Positions 43,258 to 52,963 of a DNA stretch of 64,000 bases are shown here, piece by piece (positions within the stretch are counted from its first letter, which is position 1; each line of letters begins with the position of its first letter). The position numbers and the translations under genes are program-made. The stretch lies in NCBI GenBank assembly GCA_020047715.1, contig JAIFNN010000022.1:17123-81122 (forward strand). Reading direction: 5' to 3'. The notes beneath the pieces are model-generated. The model was not told where the DNA came from and did no database searches. It saw nothing but the letters and a program-made list of their open reading frames with translations. Origin of the DNA: Bacteroidota bacterium (GTDB lineage Bacteria > Bacteroidota > Bacteroidia > Bacteroidales > GCA-2748055).

Positions 43258-45614
43258 GTAATCACTGTATTCTGATAACGTGTGTCGCCTTCATAATCAG
43301 GACAATTAAGGTATATGCTGAAGTCCTGGGGAGGAGTGAAGATATCCTCCTGTTTCACGTTAAGGGAACTGTCTGCATAAACCTTTTGCAAAAAATAGCC
43401 ATAAATCGGCAGTGCCATATATCCGCCTGAGCCCTGGGTGAGATTGTCGAAATGAACGGATCGGTCTTCGGCACCAACCCATGCGCCAGCGGTAAGATTT
43501 GGAGTAATTCCCATATACCAGCCGTCCGATTGGTTTTGGGTGGTACCGGTTTTCCCTCCCATTTCGCCGGTGAAATTGAAGAACCAGCGGAGCCTGCCCC
43601 CGGTACCCCGGTCAACCACGCCGCGAAGAAGCTGGACCATAAGGTATGCGGTTTTCTCGCTTATTGCTTCTACCTGCTGGGGGTGGAACGTAGCCAGAAG
43701 GTTTCCGTTTTTGTCTTGAATATCCGTCACGAATATGGGCTGGATATAAACCCCTTTGTTGGGGAAGGTGTTAAATGCGCCTACCATTTCAACCATGCTG
43801 ATATCCGAGGTACCGTAGATCACCGAGGGCACAGCATCGATTTTACTGGTGACCCCCATTTTGCGGATGATATCGATAACTGCCTGAGGATTGTATTTTT
43901 TTACCAGTGCAGCAGAAATGAAGTTCACCGAGTGGGCAAGGCCCCATTTCAAGGTTACCATCTTGCCTTCCATGTCGAAGTTGCCTGAATTCCGTGGAGT
44001 CCAGGTGGAGTCGCGGTCTGCAAAGGTAACCGGACTGTTGAGTACCAGGTCGCAGGGTTTGTCGCCTTCCTGCATGGCAAGCGTGTATAGAAAAGGCTTG
44101 ATGGTGGAGCCTACCTGCCGTTTACCCTGAGTTACATGGTCGTACTGAAAATATTTATAATTGTGTCCACCAACATAGGCCTTAACATGTCCGGTTGACG
44201 GTTCCATGGCCAGAAAACCGGTTCGCAGGAAGAACTTGTAATAGCGAACCGAATCGAGGGGGGTCATAATTGTGTCCCTGTCGCCGTCCCAGCTAAAAAT
44301 CCTCATCTTTCTGGGGGTCCTGAAAATTTTCATGATCGAGTCCTGTTCCAGTCCCTTGGCCCTCAGGTTGCGATAGGTGTCGGTGCGTCGGACCGACTGC
44401 ATCATTATCCTGTCAATATCCTGAGAAGTAAGATCTTCGGAAAATGGAGCTGATCTGTGTCTTTTTTGATTTTGAAAGAACTCTTTTTGCAGGGAGCCGC
44501 CCAGGTGTTTTTCTACTGCTTCTTCGGCGTATTTCTGCATTTTGTAATTGATGGCCGTGTTAATCCGCAGCCCGTCGCGATATAAATTATAAGGTGAACC
44601 GTCGGGTTTGAAATTTTTGTTGCACCATCCATAAAGGGGGTCGGTTTCCCATTTCACGGAGTCTTCATGATACCGTTCGTAAGAGAAATAGTTTGCTTTT
44701 TCGGGCTTACCGGCCATCATAATGGTCCTGATGTAGGTTCTGAAGTGTGTGGCATAGCCAACGTTATGGCTCTGAATTCTGTAATTGAGCTCAATTGGAA
44801 TCTGCAAAACCGAATCGCGCACCTCTTGCGAAATGAAATCGTATTTGGCCATTTGCTGAATGACCACGTTACGGCGCTTAAGTGAATTTTCCGGATTCAT
44901 AACCGGGCTGTAATAGGTGGGCGCGCGAAGAAGCCCAACGAGTACAGCTGCCTGCTCAATTTTAAGGGAGTCGGGGGTAGTATCGAAAAATATTCTTGAA
45001 GCTGTCTTAATGCCAAATGTTTCATGTCCAAAGGTTACCGTATTGAGGTACATCACAAGAATTTCGTTTTTTGTGTAGTAGCGTTCAAGCCTGACAGCTG
45101 TGTGCCATTCTTTTAGTTTTATGAGAATCAGATTGACTTTCCGTACAATTTTATTTTTTCCCTTGATATTTCTGGTATCGAATAGATTCTTTGCCAGTTG
45201 TTGGGTAATAGTGCTACCCCCCCCTGCATTCTGGCCCCCTAACACGGTTCTGAAGAACACACGGGCCAAGCCCCGGGCATCAATTCCGGAATGTTTTTTG
45301 AAACGAATGTCTTCCGTAGCTACCAATGCGTTAATAAGGTTTGGCGACAGATCATGGTACTCGACGAAGGTGCGATTTTCGATATAAATCTTCCCAAGTA
45401 AAACGCTGTCACTCGAATAAACTTCCGAAGCCAGATTGTTCTGTGGGTTTTCAAGATCCTCAAAAGAAGGCAGATACCCTAACTTCCTCTGGGATATCAG
45501 AATAAACAGAATAACAATAATCAGGATAGGAATTATGAAAAGAGCCCACATAATTCTTAGGTAGCGGGCATTGGAGTTGCTTTTTAAGGACATAGCATTA
45601 TAGCTTTGCGACAA
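43230..45614 (-). CDS. mrcA: Bifunctional class A penicillin-binding protein (PBP1A: transglycosylase/transpeptidase)
   Basis: GT51 motifs (EDIRFKKHSGID, GGSTITQQL, RKV..L), transpeptidase motifs STIKP and KTGTT, and an N-terminal TM anchor. Confidence 0.9.
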   Translation of the reverse strand: MSQSYNAMSLKSNSNARYLRIMWALFIIPILIIVILFILISQRKLGYLPSFEDLENPQNNLASEVYSSDSVLLGKIYIENRTFVEYHDLSPNLINALVATEDIRFKKHSGIDARGLARVFFRTVLGGQNAGGGSTITQQLAKNLFDTRNIKGKNKIVRKVNLILIKLKEWHTAVRLERYYTKNEILVMYLNTVTFGHETFGIKTASRIFFDTTPDSLKIEQAAVLVGLLRAPTYYSPVMNPENSLKRRNVVIQQMAKYDFISQEVRDSVLQIPIELNYRIQSHNVGYATHFRTYIRTIMMAGKPEKANYFSYERYHEDSVKWETDPLYGWCNKNFKPDGSPYNLYRDGLRINTAINYKMQKYAEEAVEKHLGGSLQKEFFQNQKRHRSAPFSEDLTSQDIDRIMMQSVRRTDTYRNLRAKGLEQDSIMKIFRTPRKMRIFSWDGDRDTIMTPLDSVRYYKFFLRTGFLAMEPSTGHVKAYVGGHNYKYFQYDHVTQGKRQVGSTIKPFLYTLAMQEGDKPCDLVLNSPVTFADRDSTWTPRNSGNFDMEGKMVTLKWGLAHSVNFISAALVKKYNPQAVIDIIRKMGVTSKIDAVPSVIYGTSDISMVEMVGAFNTFPNKGVYIQPIFVTDIQDKNGNLLATFHPQQVEAISEKTAYLMVQLLRGVVDRGTGGRLRWFFNFTGEMGGKTGTTQNQSDGWYMGITPNLTAGAWVGAEDRSVHFDNLTQGSGGYMALPIYGYFLQKVYADSSLNVKQEDIFTPPQDFSIYLNCPDYEGDTRYQNTVITYDVDAEEY

Positions 45615-45870
45615 AATTAATAATTATTTTCATTCAAAATTTTGATCTTGGCTTTGTATTTGATTTACTTTGCACATTTTAATTTTATTATTTGAGTGCG
45701 ATAAACGTAAAGCCTCAAGATACGACTATTATAATAATTGTTCCGGTTGTTCCGTTTTTGGCATATGAGATCCGAAAACTTTTTTCCGGATTCAGCGGGT
45801 TGGATTTTTTTTTGAGTTTCAACAGCATGTTTTAAGTGAAATATTAGTTCCTTTATAGATAGATTTAAAT

Positions 45871-48192
45871 ATGGAAGAAAACCTGGTAATCGTTGAGTCG
45901 CCTGCGAAGGCAAAAACTATTGAAAAGTTTCTGGGAAAGGATTATCTGGTAAAATCTAGTTTTGGTCATATCAGAGATCTCGCCAAAAAGAATCTTGGTA
46001 TCGATATAAATAACAGTTATAAGCCGGAGTATATTGTTTCCCCTGATAAGAAAAAGGTAGTTGATGAGCTTAAAAAACTTGCAAAGGGCGCAAAAGTTGT
46101 TTGGCTTGCCTCTGATGAGGACCGTGAGGGGGAGGCTATTTCCTGGCATTTGTATGAGGTTTTAGGGCTCAAGCCGGAAAAGACGCGTAGGATCGTTTTT
46201 CATGAAATTACCAAAGACGCTATTCTCAACGCAATCAAAAACCCAAGGTTTATTGATATAAATCTTGTAAATGCCCAACAGGCGCGGCGTGTGCTCGACA
46301 GGCTTGTGGGTTTTGAGCTTTCCCCCCTTTTGTGGAAAAAAATCAAACCATCGCTTTCAGCCGGAAGGGTGCAATCAGTTGCGGTAAAACTTATTGTTGA
46401 GCGCGAGAGGGAAATCAATGCGTTTCAGGTTAGTTCGTCCTTCAGGGTAGGGGCCCATTTCAATATTGTGGAGCCCAAAGGAAAGGTTTCGGAGCTTTTA
46501 GCGGAATTGGAAAAACGAATAACCGAGGTATCTTCTGCAAAAAGCCTGCTTGAGAAATTGAACGGGGCCGAATTCAGAGTTGCCGATGTTACTAAGAAGC
46601 CAGGCAAAAAGTCACCCTCCCCGCCTTTTACTACTTCAACTCTTCAGCAGGAAGCCAGCAGGAAATTGGGTTTCTCGGTGGCTCAAACGATGACTATTGC
46701 CCAGCGCCTTTACGAAGCCGGGAAAATCACTTACATGAGAACCGACAGTGTTAATCTTTCGCAGACAGCCATTTTAGGATCCTCCTCAGTTATCGAAGCT
46801 CTGTATGGGAAAGATTATGTGCATACCCGAAATTTCGTTACGAAATCCAAGGGGGCGCAGGAAGCTCACGAGGCAATCCGTCCTACATTCATGGAAAACA
46901 GCAGTATTGATGGGAACAGCACCGAACAGAGACTCTATGAGCTGATCTGGAAGAGGACTTTGGCTTCACAAATGGCGGACGCAATTCTCGAAAAAACGAA
47001 TATCCGCGTCAGCAACTCCAACACACCTGAAATATTTGTCGCCACTGGTGAAGTTTTAAAGTTCGACGGTTTTCTGAAAGTATATATGGAGTCGAGCGAT
47101 GATGAGAACGCCGATGAGGAATCCAAAGGACTGCTTCCTCCGCTAAAAGTTGGTGACATCCTTGATCTCAGGAAAATGGAAGCCGCTGAAAAATTTTCTC
47201 TGCATCCGCCGCGATATACCGAAGCCAGCCTGGTTAAAAAGATGGAGGACCTTGGGATAGGCCGACCATCCACCTATGCGCCAACTATTTCAACAATACA
47301 GCAGCGAGAGTATGTTATTAAGGAGGACAGGGACGGTAGTACCCGGATTAGCAGGATTATTGTTCTCAGCAACAAAACTATTAAGGAGTCCCAAAAAGAA
47401 GAAAACTTTGGGTTTGAAAAATCAAAACTATTCCCTACCGATATTGGTACTGTTGTAAATGACTTTCTGGAACAATACTTCAAAGAGATTTTGGATTACA
47501 ATTTCACTGCAACAGTTGAAGCAGAGTTCGATCAGATTGCAGAGGGGAATATGATATGGAGCACTATGATCGACAAGTTTTACAAGCCTTTCCACCTGAA
47601 AGTTGACGATACCGACAAAACCGGCGAGCGTTCCAAAGGGGAGCGGGTTTTAGGAACCGATGCTGTTTCAGGAAAACCTGTACTTGTGAAAATAGGCCGT
47701 TACGGACCTGTGGTGCAGATAGGGATTGCTACCGATGAGGAGAAACCCCGGTTTGCAAGTTTGCAGAAAGGTCAGAGCCTCGAGACCATTACCATGGAAG
47801 AGGCAATGGACCTCTTCAAGTTGCCACGTAAAGTTGGCAGCTTTGAAGACAATGATGTTGTTATTGGCATCGGTCGGTTTGGGCCTTATGTGAGACACCT
47901 CAGTAAGTTCTATTCCCTAAAAAGGGGAGTTGACGATCCTATGACGATAACCTTGGATAGAGCCATTGAATTAATTGAAGGCAAGCGCTCCGACGATAAA
48001 AACAAGCTTATCAAGTCGTTTGCCGAGGACCCTGAGATCCAGATTCTAAATGGTCGTTACGGTCCCTATATTGCTGTGGGGAAGAGCAATTTCAAGATCC
48101 CCAAATCAAAGGACCCTGCAAGTTTAAGCTACGAGGAGTGTAAGGCCATAATAAAGGCTGGCCCAACAAAACCTTCAAAGAAGAAGAAATAA
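45871..48192 (+). CDS. topA: DNA topoisomerase I
   Basis: Toprim start LVIVESPAKAKTIEKFLG, the DEDREGEAI motif, an active-site region ITYMRTDS and a C-terminal Lys-rich tail. Confidence 0.95.
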   Translation: MEENLVIVESPAKAKTIEKFLGKDYLVKSSFGHIRDLAKKNLGIDINNSYKPEYIVSPDKKKVVDELKKLAKGAKVVWLASDEDREGEAISWHLYEVLGLKPEKTRRIVFHEITKDAILNAIKNPRFIDINLVNAQQARRVLDRLVGFELSPLLWKKIKPSLSAGRVQSVAVKLIVEREREINAFQVSSSFRVGAHFNIVEPKGKVSELLAELEKRITEVSSAKSLLEKLNGAEFRVADVTKKPGKKSPSPPFTTSTLQQEASRKLGFSVAQTMTIAQRLYEAGKITYMRTDSVNLSQTAILGSSSVIEALYGKDYVHTRNFVTKSKGAQEAHEAIRPTFMENSSIDGNSTEQRLYELIWKRTLASQMADAILEKTNIRVSNSNTPEIFVATGEVLKFDGFLKVYMESSDDENADEESKGLLPPLKVGDILDLRKMEAAEKFSLHPPRYTEASLVKKMEDLGIGRPSTYAPTISTIQQREYVIKEDRDGSTRISRIIVLSNKTIKESQKEENFGFEKSKLFPTDIGTVVNDFLEQYFKEILDYNFTATVEAEFDQIAEGNMIWSTMIDKFYKPFHLKVDDTDKTGERSKGERVLGTDAVSGKPVLVKIGRYGPVVQIGIATDEEKPRFASLQKGQSLETITMEEAMDLFKLPRKVGSFEDNDVVIGIGRFGPYVRHLSKFYSLKRGVDDPMTITLDRAIELIEGKRSDDKNKLIKSFAEDPEIQILNGRYGPYIAVGKSNFKIPKSKDPASLSYEECKAIIKAGPTKPSKKKK

Positions 48193-48201
48193 AATTTAAG
48201 T

Positions 48202-49359
48202 ATGGATCTAAATGATTACTTCAACCCGGTAAGTCTTGATAAGCCGGCTGTTCATATGATTCCTGATGATCTTACATTCAGCAGGAGGATTAAGATTCAT
48301 ACCCCCGATCATAAGATCACCAGTATTGGCGATTACGATATTGCTATTATAGGGATTCCGGATGACAAGAATGCATTTATCAAAGGTTCGTCTGCTGCAC
48401 CGGATGCCGTGAGAGCGCGCCTATATCAATTATCCAGCATCAACCGCAAGACAAGGATAATTGATTTGGGAAACCTTAAAATTACTGATAATCCCAATGA
48501 CAGTTATTTTGCCTTGAGGGATATTCTGCTGGAACTTATCGCGAAATCGGTTGTGGCAGTTATCATTGGCGGAAGTCAGGACCTGAGTTATGGTGTTGAT
48601 TTAGCCTTGAATCAAAAAAAAGAAGTTTATCATCTTTTAAGCATGGATTCCAGGCTGGATTTGGGCTTTAAAGAAAAATCAATTACTTCAAGAAACTATC
48701 TTGACACCTTATTATCCGATAAGGACCCGAAAATTTTCAACTATACGAATCTTGGGCATCAGACCTATTTTACTCCTGATCGTTTAAAAGACATCATCGA
48801 CAAAAAGGGATATGAAAGCCTTCGGCTGGGTTATGTAAGGTCAAACCTCTCCGTTGTTGAGCCTCAGATCCGGGATGCTGATTTTATTAGTGTGGATATG
48901 AGTTGTGTCAGACAGTCTGACGCTCCGGGTGTTACACTTCCCTCGCCAAATGGGTTTTTTGGTCATGAACTATGCCAACTTGCACGTTATGCCGGAGCAG
49001 CAACAGGGATCAAGGCATTTGGAGTTTTTGAGCTGTCGCCTGAGAATGATATAAACGGGCACACTGTTCATTTAGCCGCACAAACCCTATGGTATTTCCT
49101 CGATGGTTATTCCATTAAAATCAAGGAGAACCCGCAATTGGGTGGTGCAACCAAGTTTATTGTGAATATGCAATCTGCCGGTCAAGATATCAGCTTTTAT
49201 AAAAGTTTAAAGACAGAACGCTGGTGGATGGAAATCCCCATAATTAATCCTCTTACGGGTTTGAATTACTTAATTTCCTGTAATTATGAGGATTATCAGC
49301 TTGCCAGTACAGACGAAATTCCCGAAAGATGGTGGAAATCGTTTCACAGGCTGGGATAA
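48202..49359 (+). CDS. Arginase/formiminoglutamase-fold protein with degenerate metal-binding motifs
   Basis: Fold landmarks are present (IAIIGIPDD, VIIGGSQDLSYG, LLSMDSRLD, ISVDMSCVRQSDAPG, VFELSPEND). However, GGDHS reads GGSQD, DAHxD reads DSRLD, and the second Asp of DxD is Ser. Confidence 0.65.
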   Translation: MDLNDYFNPVSLDKPAVHMIPDDLTFSRRIKIHTPDHKITSIGDYDIAIIGIPDDKNAFIKGSSAAPDAVRARLYQLSSINRKTRIIDLGNLKITDNPNDSYFALRDILLELIAKSVVAVIIGGSQDLSYGVDLALNQKKEVYHLLSMDSRLDLGFKEKSITSRNYLDTLLSDKDPKIFNYTNLGHQTYFTPDRLKDIIDKKGYESLRLGYVRSNLSVVEPQIRDADFISVDMSCVRQSDAPGVTLPSPNGFFGHELCQLARYAGAATGIKAFGVFELSPENDINGHTVHLAAQTLWYFLDGYSIKIKENPQLGGATKFIVNMQSAGQDISFYKSLKTERWWMEIPIINPLTGLNYLISCNYEDYQLASTDEIPERWWKSFHRLG

Positions 49360-49539
49360 TTCCCCCGAAACAGTCCTCATGCAAATATGTTATATTCAAT
49401 TGGTTAGTAATTGTTCTCAGCCGTTTTTACAGATAGTTTGACTTATTAACAATATTATGTTAATAAAATTTGTTACTGAGAAGGATTTTTACTTATTTTA
49501 GCGAGTCTTAAAAGGCTCTGGAGTATTGTATTAAAGTAG

Positions 49540-50508
49540 TTGACATTTACGAGGTTGAAGAATTTGAAAATCGGCTTATATATATCACTTTTACTTATTT
49601 CGGTTCTGACCTATGGGCAACAGGATCCGGAATTCAGTCAGCACAATTCCGCAATGACTCTTTTTAACCCGGGTTCAGTAGGGAGTCGCGACAGGATTTG
49701 CCTGAACGCGGTGCATCGTGAACAATGGGTCGGATTTCCAGGTGCACCATCCACTTCCTATTTTAGCGCGGACGGGGCATTCGATGTTTTCGGAAAAAAT
49801 ATTGGGGCGGGAATTTCAATATTAAATGACAATTTCGGTTTTGATTCTGATCTTGGCATCAATTTGCAAGGCGCTTACCGGTTTGATTTGGGTTCAGGAA
49901 AGTTAGGTATTGGTTTGAACGCAGGGATTTTGAATAAATCACTTAATCCGGAATGGAAAACCTTGGGCACAAGCGGTGAGATTCAGGAAGGGGCGGCCGG
50001 AGATCCGAATATCCCTCAGGCAAAGGAAAGCAGGGTTGCATTTGACCTTGGATTTGGTGTTTTTTATCGTTCGGAAAATATTTTTATGGGGATTTCCGCA
50101 ACTCACTTGAATCAAGCGCGTATAAAATACGAAAATGCGACCCCGTATCTAGTCAGACATTATTATGTTACAGCAGGTTATAACATTCAACTTCAAAATC
50201 CACTGTTCGAAATAATGCCTTATTTTATATTAAAAACTGATTTTAAAGCGAATCAGATTTATCTGAATACCACAGTTAAATACAATAAAAAGTTTTGGGG
50301 TGGCGTTTCTTACAGAGGAGGTGACGCCATCGTGGGATTGGTTGGCTTAGAGTTGTTTAACGGAGTTAGGATAGGCTACTCATACGATTTCACTGTGTCA
50401 CAGATTGGCAAATATAGCGATGGTTCCCATGAACTGACTATTGGTTATTGCTTTGATCTGAGTTTGGATAAATCGCCACAAAAATATAAGAGTATTAGAT
50501 TTTTATAA
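49540..50508 (+). CDS. porP: Type IX secretion system membrane protein, PorP/SprF family
   Basis: Signal peptide followed by QQDPEFSQHNSAMTLFNPGSVGS, the hallmark PorP/SprF N-terminus. It lies directly upstream of gldK. The start codon is uncertain (TTG at 49540, no in-frame ATG nearby). Confidence 0.8.
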   Translation: MTFTRLKNLKIGLYISLLLISVLTYGQQDPEFSQHNSAMTLFNPGSVGSRDRICLNAVHREQWVGFPGAPSTSYFSADGAFDVFGKNIGAGISILNDNFGFDSDLGINLQGAYRFDLGSGKLGIGLNAGILNKSLNPEWKTLGTSGEIQEGAAGDPNIPQAKESRVAFDLGFGVFYRSENIFMGISATHLNQARIKYENATPYLVRHYYVTAGYNIQLQNPLFEIMPYFILKTDFKANQIYLNTTVKYNKKFWGGVSYRGGDAIVGLVGLELFNGVRIGYSYDFTVSQIGKYSDGSHELTIGYCFDLSLDKSPQKYKSIRFL

Positions 50509-50592
50509 TAATTTGACTATTTTTATAGAGTTTTTTTAAATAATTTATTGTTGATTTTAAAAGATTGTTTTAGCAAATAATACCCAAAAGCT

Positions 50593-51954
50593 ATGAAAAA
50601 GTTTGTTCCCTTGCTGATTCTGTTGGCATTTCTAGGAAGCTGTTCCAACTTTGATAACGGAGAATTGGTTGGTGTTCAGGGACGTAAGGCATACATTGAG
50701 CCTGATCCATTTGGAATGTTGTTCATTCCTATGGGAAGTTTCGTAATGGGGCCCAGCGACCAGGATTTGTCTTTCGCACAAAATGCCCAATCGAAAACTG
50801 TTTCGATTGATGCGTTCTGGATGGACGAGACAGAAATAACCAACAATGAATATCGCCAGTTTGTTTATTGGGTGAAGGATTCACTTGTAAGGCAGAATTT
50901 GGCTGACCAGGATCTTGAGGATTATTTCATTTCAGATAAAGAGGGAAATGCTGTCAAAGTGTTGAAAAACGGAGAGGAGAAAAACCTTATCAATTGGGAT
51001 CAACCATTAGATTATAGTGGCAAGGTTGAAGAGGTTGCGACAGCCATTGATGAAGTCGAACTTTATTATACCGGTGACGCTAAATTCTTCAATCGCAAGC
51101 AACTTGCTGTTGAGAAACTTAAGTATATCTATTATTGGATCGATTTGCAACAAGCAGCAAAAAGAACTAACCGTTACGATTCAAAAACTCAGGCATATCA
51201 GGGAAATGTTACCAATTTGGATGGAACTACTGCCAAAGTTGAAGGACGTCAGTCATTTGTTTTTAAGGATGAGGTATTGGTTTATCCCGACACTCTTTGT
51301 TGGATTGCTGATTTTACCTTCTCTTACAACGAGCCATATGCCAATATGTATTTCTACCATCCTTCTTATGACAACTATCCCGTTGTAGGTGTAAACTGGA
51401 AACAGGCATCTGCTTTTTCAATTTGGAGAACTCAATATCTTAATATGGCTCTTGCAAGAGACGGACAGCCTTTTGTTCAGGACTACCGCCTTCCGGTTGA
51501 AGCTGAGTGGGAGTATGCAGCCCGCGGAAATCTTGCTTTAAGCATGTATCCCTGGGGTGGTCCTTATATCAGAAACCAGCTGGGATGCTTTGTTGCAAAC
51601 TTCAAGCCTTTAAGAGGTAACTATATCGATGACGGAGCGCTAATCACTGAAAGAGTGGGTTCCTTTACTCCAAACGAGTATGGACTTTATGATATGGCAG
51701 GAAACGTTGCGGAATGGACTGCCAATGCATATGACGAATCTGCTTATGTTTTTTCACACAATATGAATCCCGATTATAAATATAATGCTAAACCTGAAGA
51801 TCCTGCCGTAATGAAAAGGAAAACTGTACGCGGTGGTTCATGGAAAGATGTGGCTCATTTTCTTCAGGTAAGTGTTAGGGATTACGAATATCAGGACAGC
51901 GCAAAATCTTATGTCGGATTTAGATGTGTTCGCTCATACCTAGGTACAAACTAA
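50593..51954 (+). CDS. gldK: Gliding motility / T9SS lipoprotein GldK (PorK), FGE-sulfatase-like domain
   Basis: Lipobox LAFLGSCSN, SUMF1/FGE-type motifs (RLPVEAEWEYAARG, RGGSW, GFRCV) and operon position. Confidence 0.9.
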   Translation: MKKFVPLLILLAFLGSCSNFDNGELVGVQGRKAYIEPDPFGMLFIPMGSFVMGPSDQDLSFAQNAQSKTVSIDAFWMDETEITNNEYRQFVYWVKDSLVRQNLADQDLEDYFISDKEGNAVKVLKNGEEKNLINWDQPLDYSGKVEEVATAIDEVELYYTGDAKFFNRKQLAVEKLKYIYYWIDLQQAAKRTNRYDSKTQAYQGNVTNLDGTTAKVEGRQSFVFKDEVLVYPDTLCWIADFTFSYNEPYANMYFYHPSYDNYPVVGVNWKQASAFSIWRTQYLNMALARDGQPFVQDYRLPVEAEWEYAARGNLALSMYPWGGPYIRNQLGCFVANFKPLRGNYIDDGALITERVGSFTPNEYGLYDMAGNVAEWTANAYDESAYVFSHNMNPDYKYNAKPEDPAVMKRKTVRGGSWKDVAHFLQVSVRDYEYQDSAKSYVGFRCVRSYLGTN

Positions 51955-51974
51955 AATATTAAAACCCTTATATT

Positions 51975-52940
51975 ATGAATATTGCCGAAATAGTACAGAG
52001 TTCCGCCTGGAAGAATTTCATGGCCAAGCTCTATGGGATCGGGGCTGCAGTTGTTATCGTGGGAGCTTTGTTTAAGATCATGCACTGGCCGGGTGCCGGT
52101 ATCATGCTCACAGCGGGATTGGCTACTGAAGCTGTAATTTTCTTTTTCTCCGCTTTTGAACCATTGCACGAAGAACTCGATTGGACCTTGGTTTATCCTG
52201 AATTAGCAGGAATGACGGATCCTGACGAGATGGAAGATTTCAGAGAAGAAAGCATAGCCGGTAGAGGTGTGGGTTTGCAGAAGTTTGATGAGTTGTTCCA
52301 ACAAGCTGATATTCGGCCCGAAACCATAAAAAATCTTAGTACTGGCCTTAACAGTCTTAACCAAACGGCAACAAATTTGGGCGACATAACTGCAGCAAGT
52401 CTTGCTACAAAAGATTATCTTAATAATATGAAGACTGCTGGGGAATCGGTAAGCTCTTTTGCAAATATTTATTCACAGAGTTCGGGTGAACTTACCAATT
52501 CTGTAGGTGCATTAGCTTCCTCGTACAAGAAAACAGCCGAGATGATCGACAAATCGGGTCAGGAGATCGCTCAGAAATTTACTCAGTCGAGTGCCGATAT
52601 TACCACAACCTATACCGAACTCTCGAAAACTGTGAAGTCGGATTACACAAACATTACGCAAGGACACAAACAGTTCAGCGATCAGTTGAACTCCCTTAAT
52701 AAAAACCTTGCCGAACTTAACGACTCTTACATGAAGCAGGTTAAGGGCAGTCAGGAGCATATCAAGGGTTCGGAAAGTGTATATCAAGGTATGGACGACA
52801 TGATGAAGAGTCTTAAATCCTCTGTTGATGAAACTCAAAAATACAAAGACGAAATCAGCAAGCTTAGTCATAATCTTTCTGAATTGAATAATATTTACGG
52901 GAACATGCTTTCAGCAATGAGTGTGATTTCGAAGAAATAA
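51975..52940 (+). CDS. gldL: Gliding motility / T9SS protein GldL (PorL)
   Basis: LYGIGAAVVIVGALFKIMHWPGAG...EAVIFFFSAFEP, the two-TM GldL signature, followed by a cytoplasmic coiled region. Confidence 0.9.
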   Translation: MNIAEIVQSSAWKNFMAKLYGIGAAVVIVGALFKIMHWPGAGIMLTAGLATEAVIFFFSAFEPLHEELDWTLVYPELAGMTDPDEMEDFREESIAGRGVGLQKFDELFQQADIRPETIKNLSTGLNSLNQTATNLGDITAASLATKDYLNNMKTAGESVSSFANIYSQSSGELTNSVGALASSYKKTAEMIDKSGQEIAQKFTQSSADITTTYTELSKTVKSDYTNITQGHKQFSDQLNSLNKNLAELNDSYMKQVKGSQEHIKGSESVYQGMDDMMKSLKSSVDETQKYKDEISKLSHNLSELNNIYGNMLSAMSVISKK

Positions 52941-52963
52941 ATTTATAACTATATACAAATATT

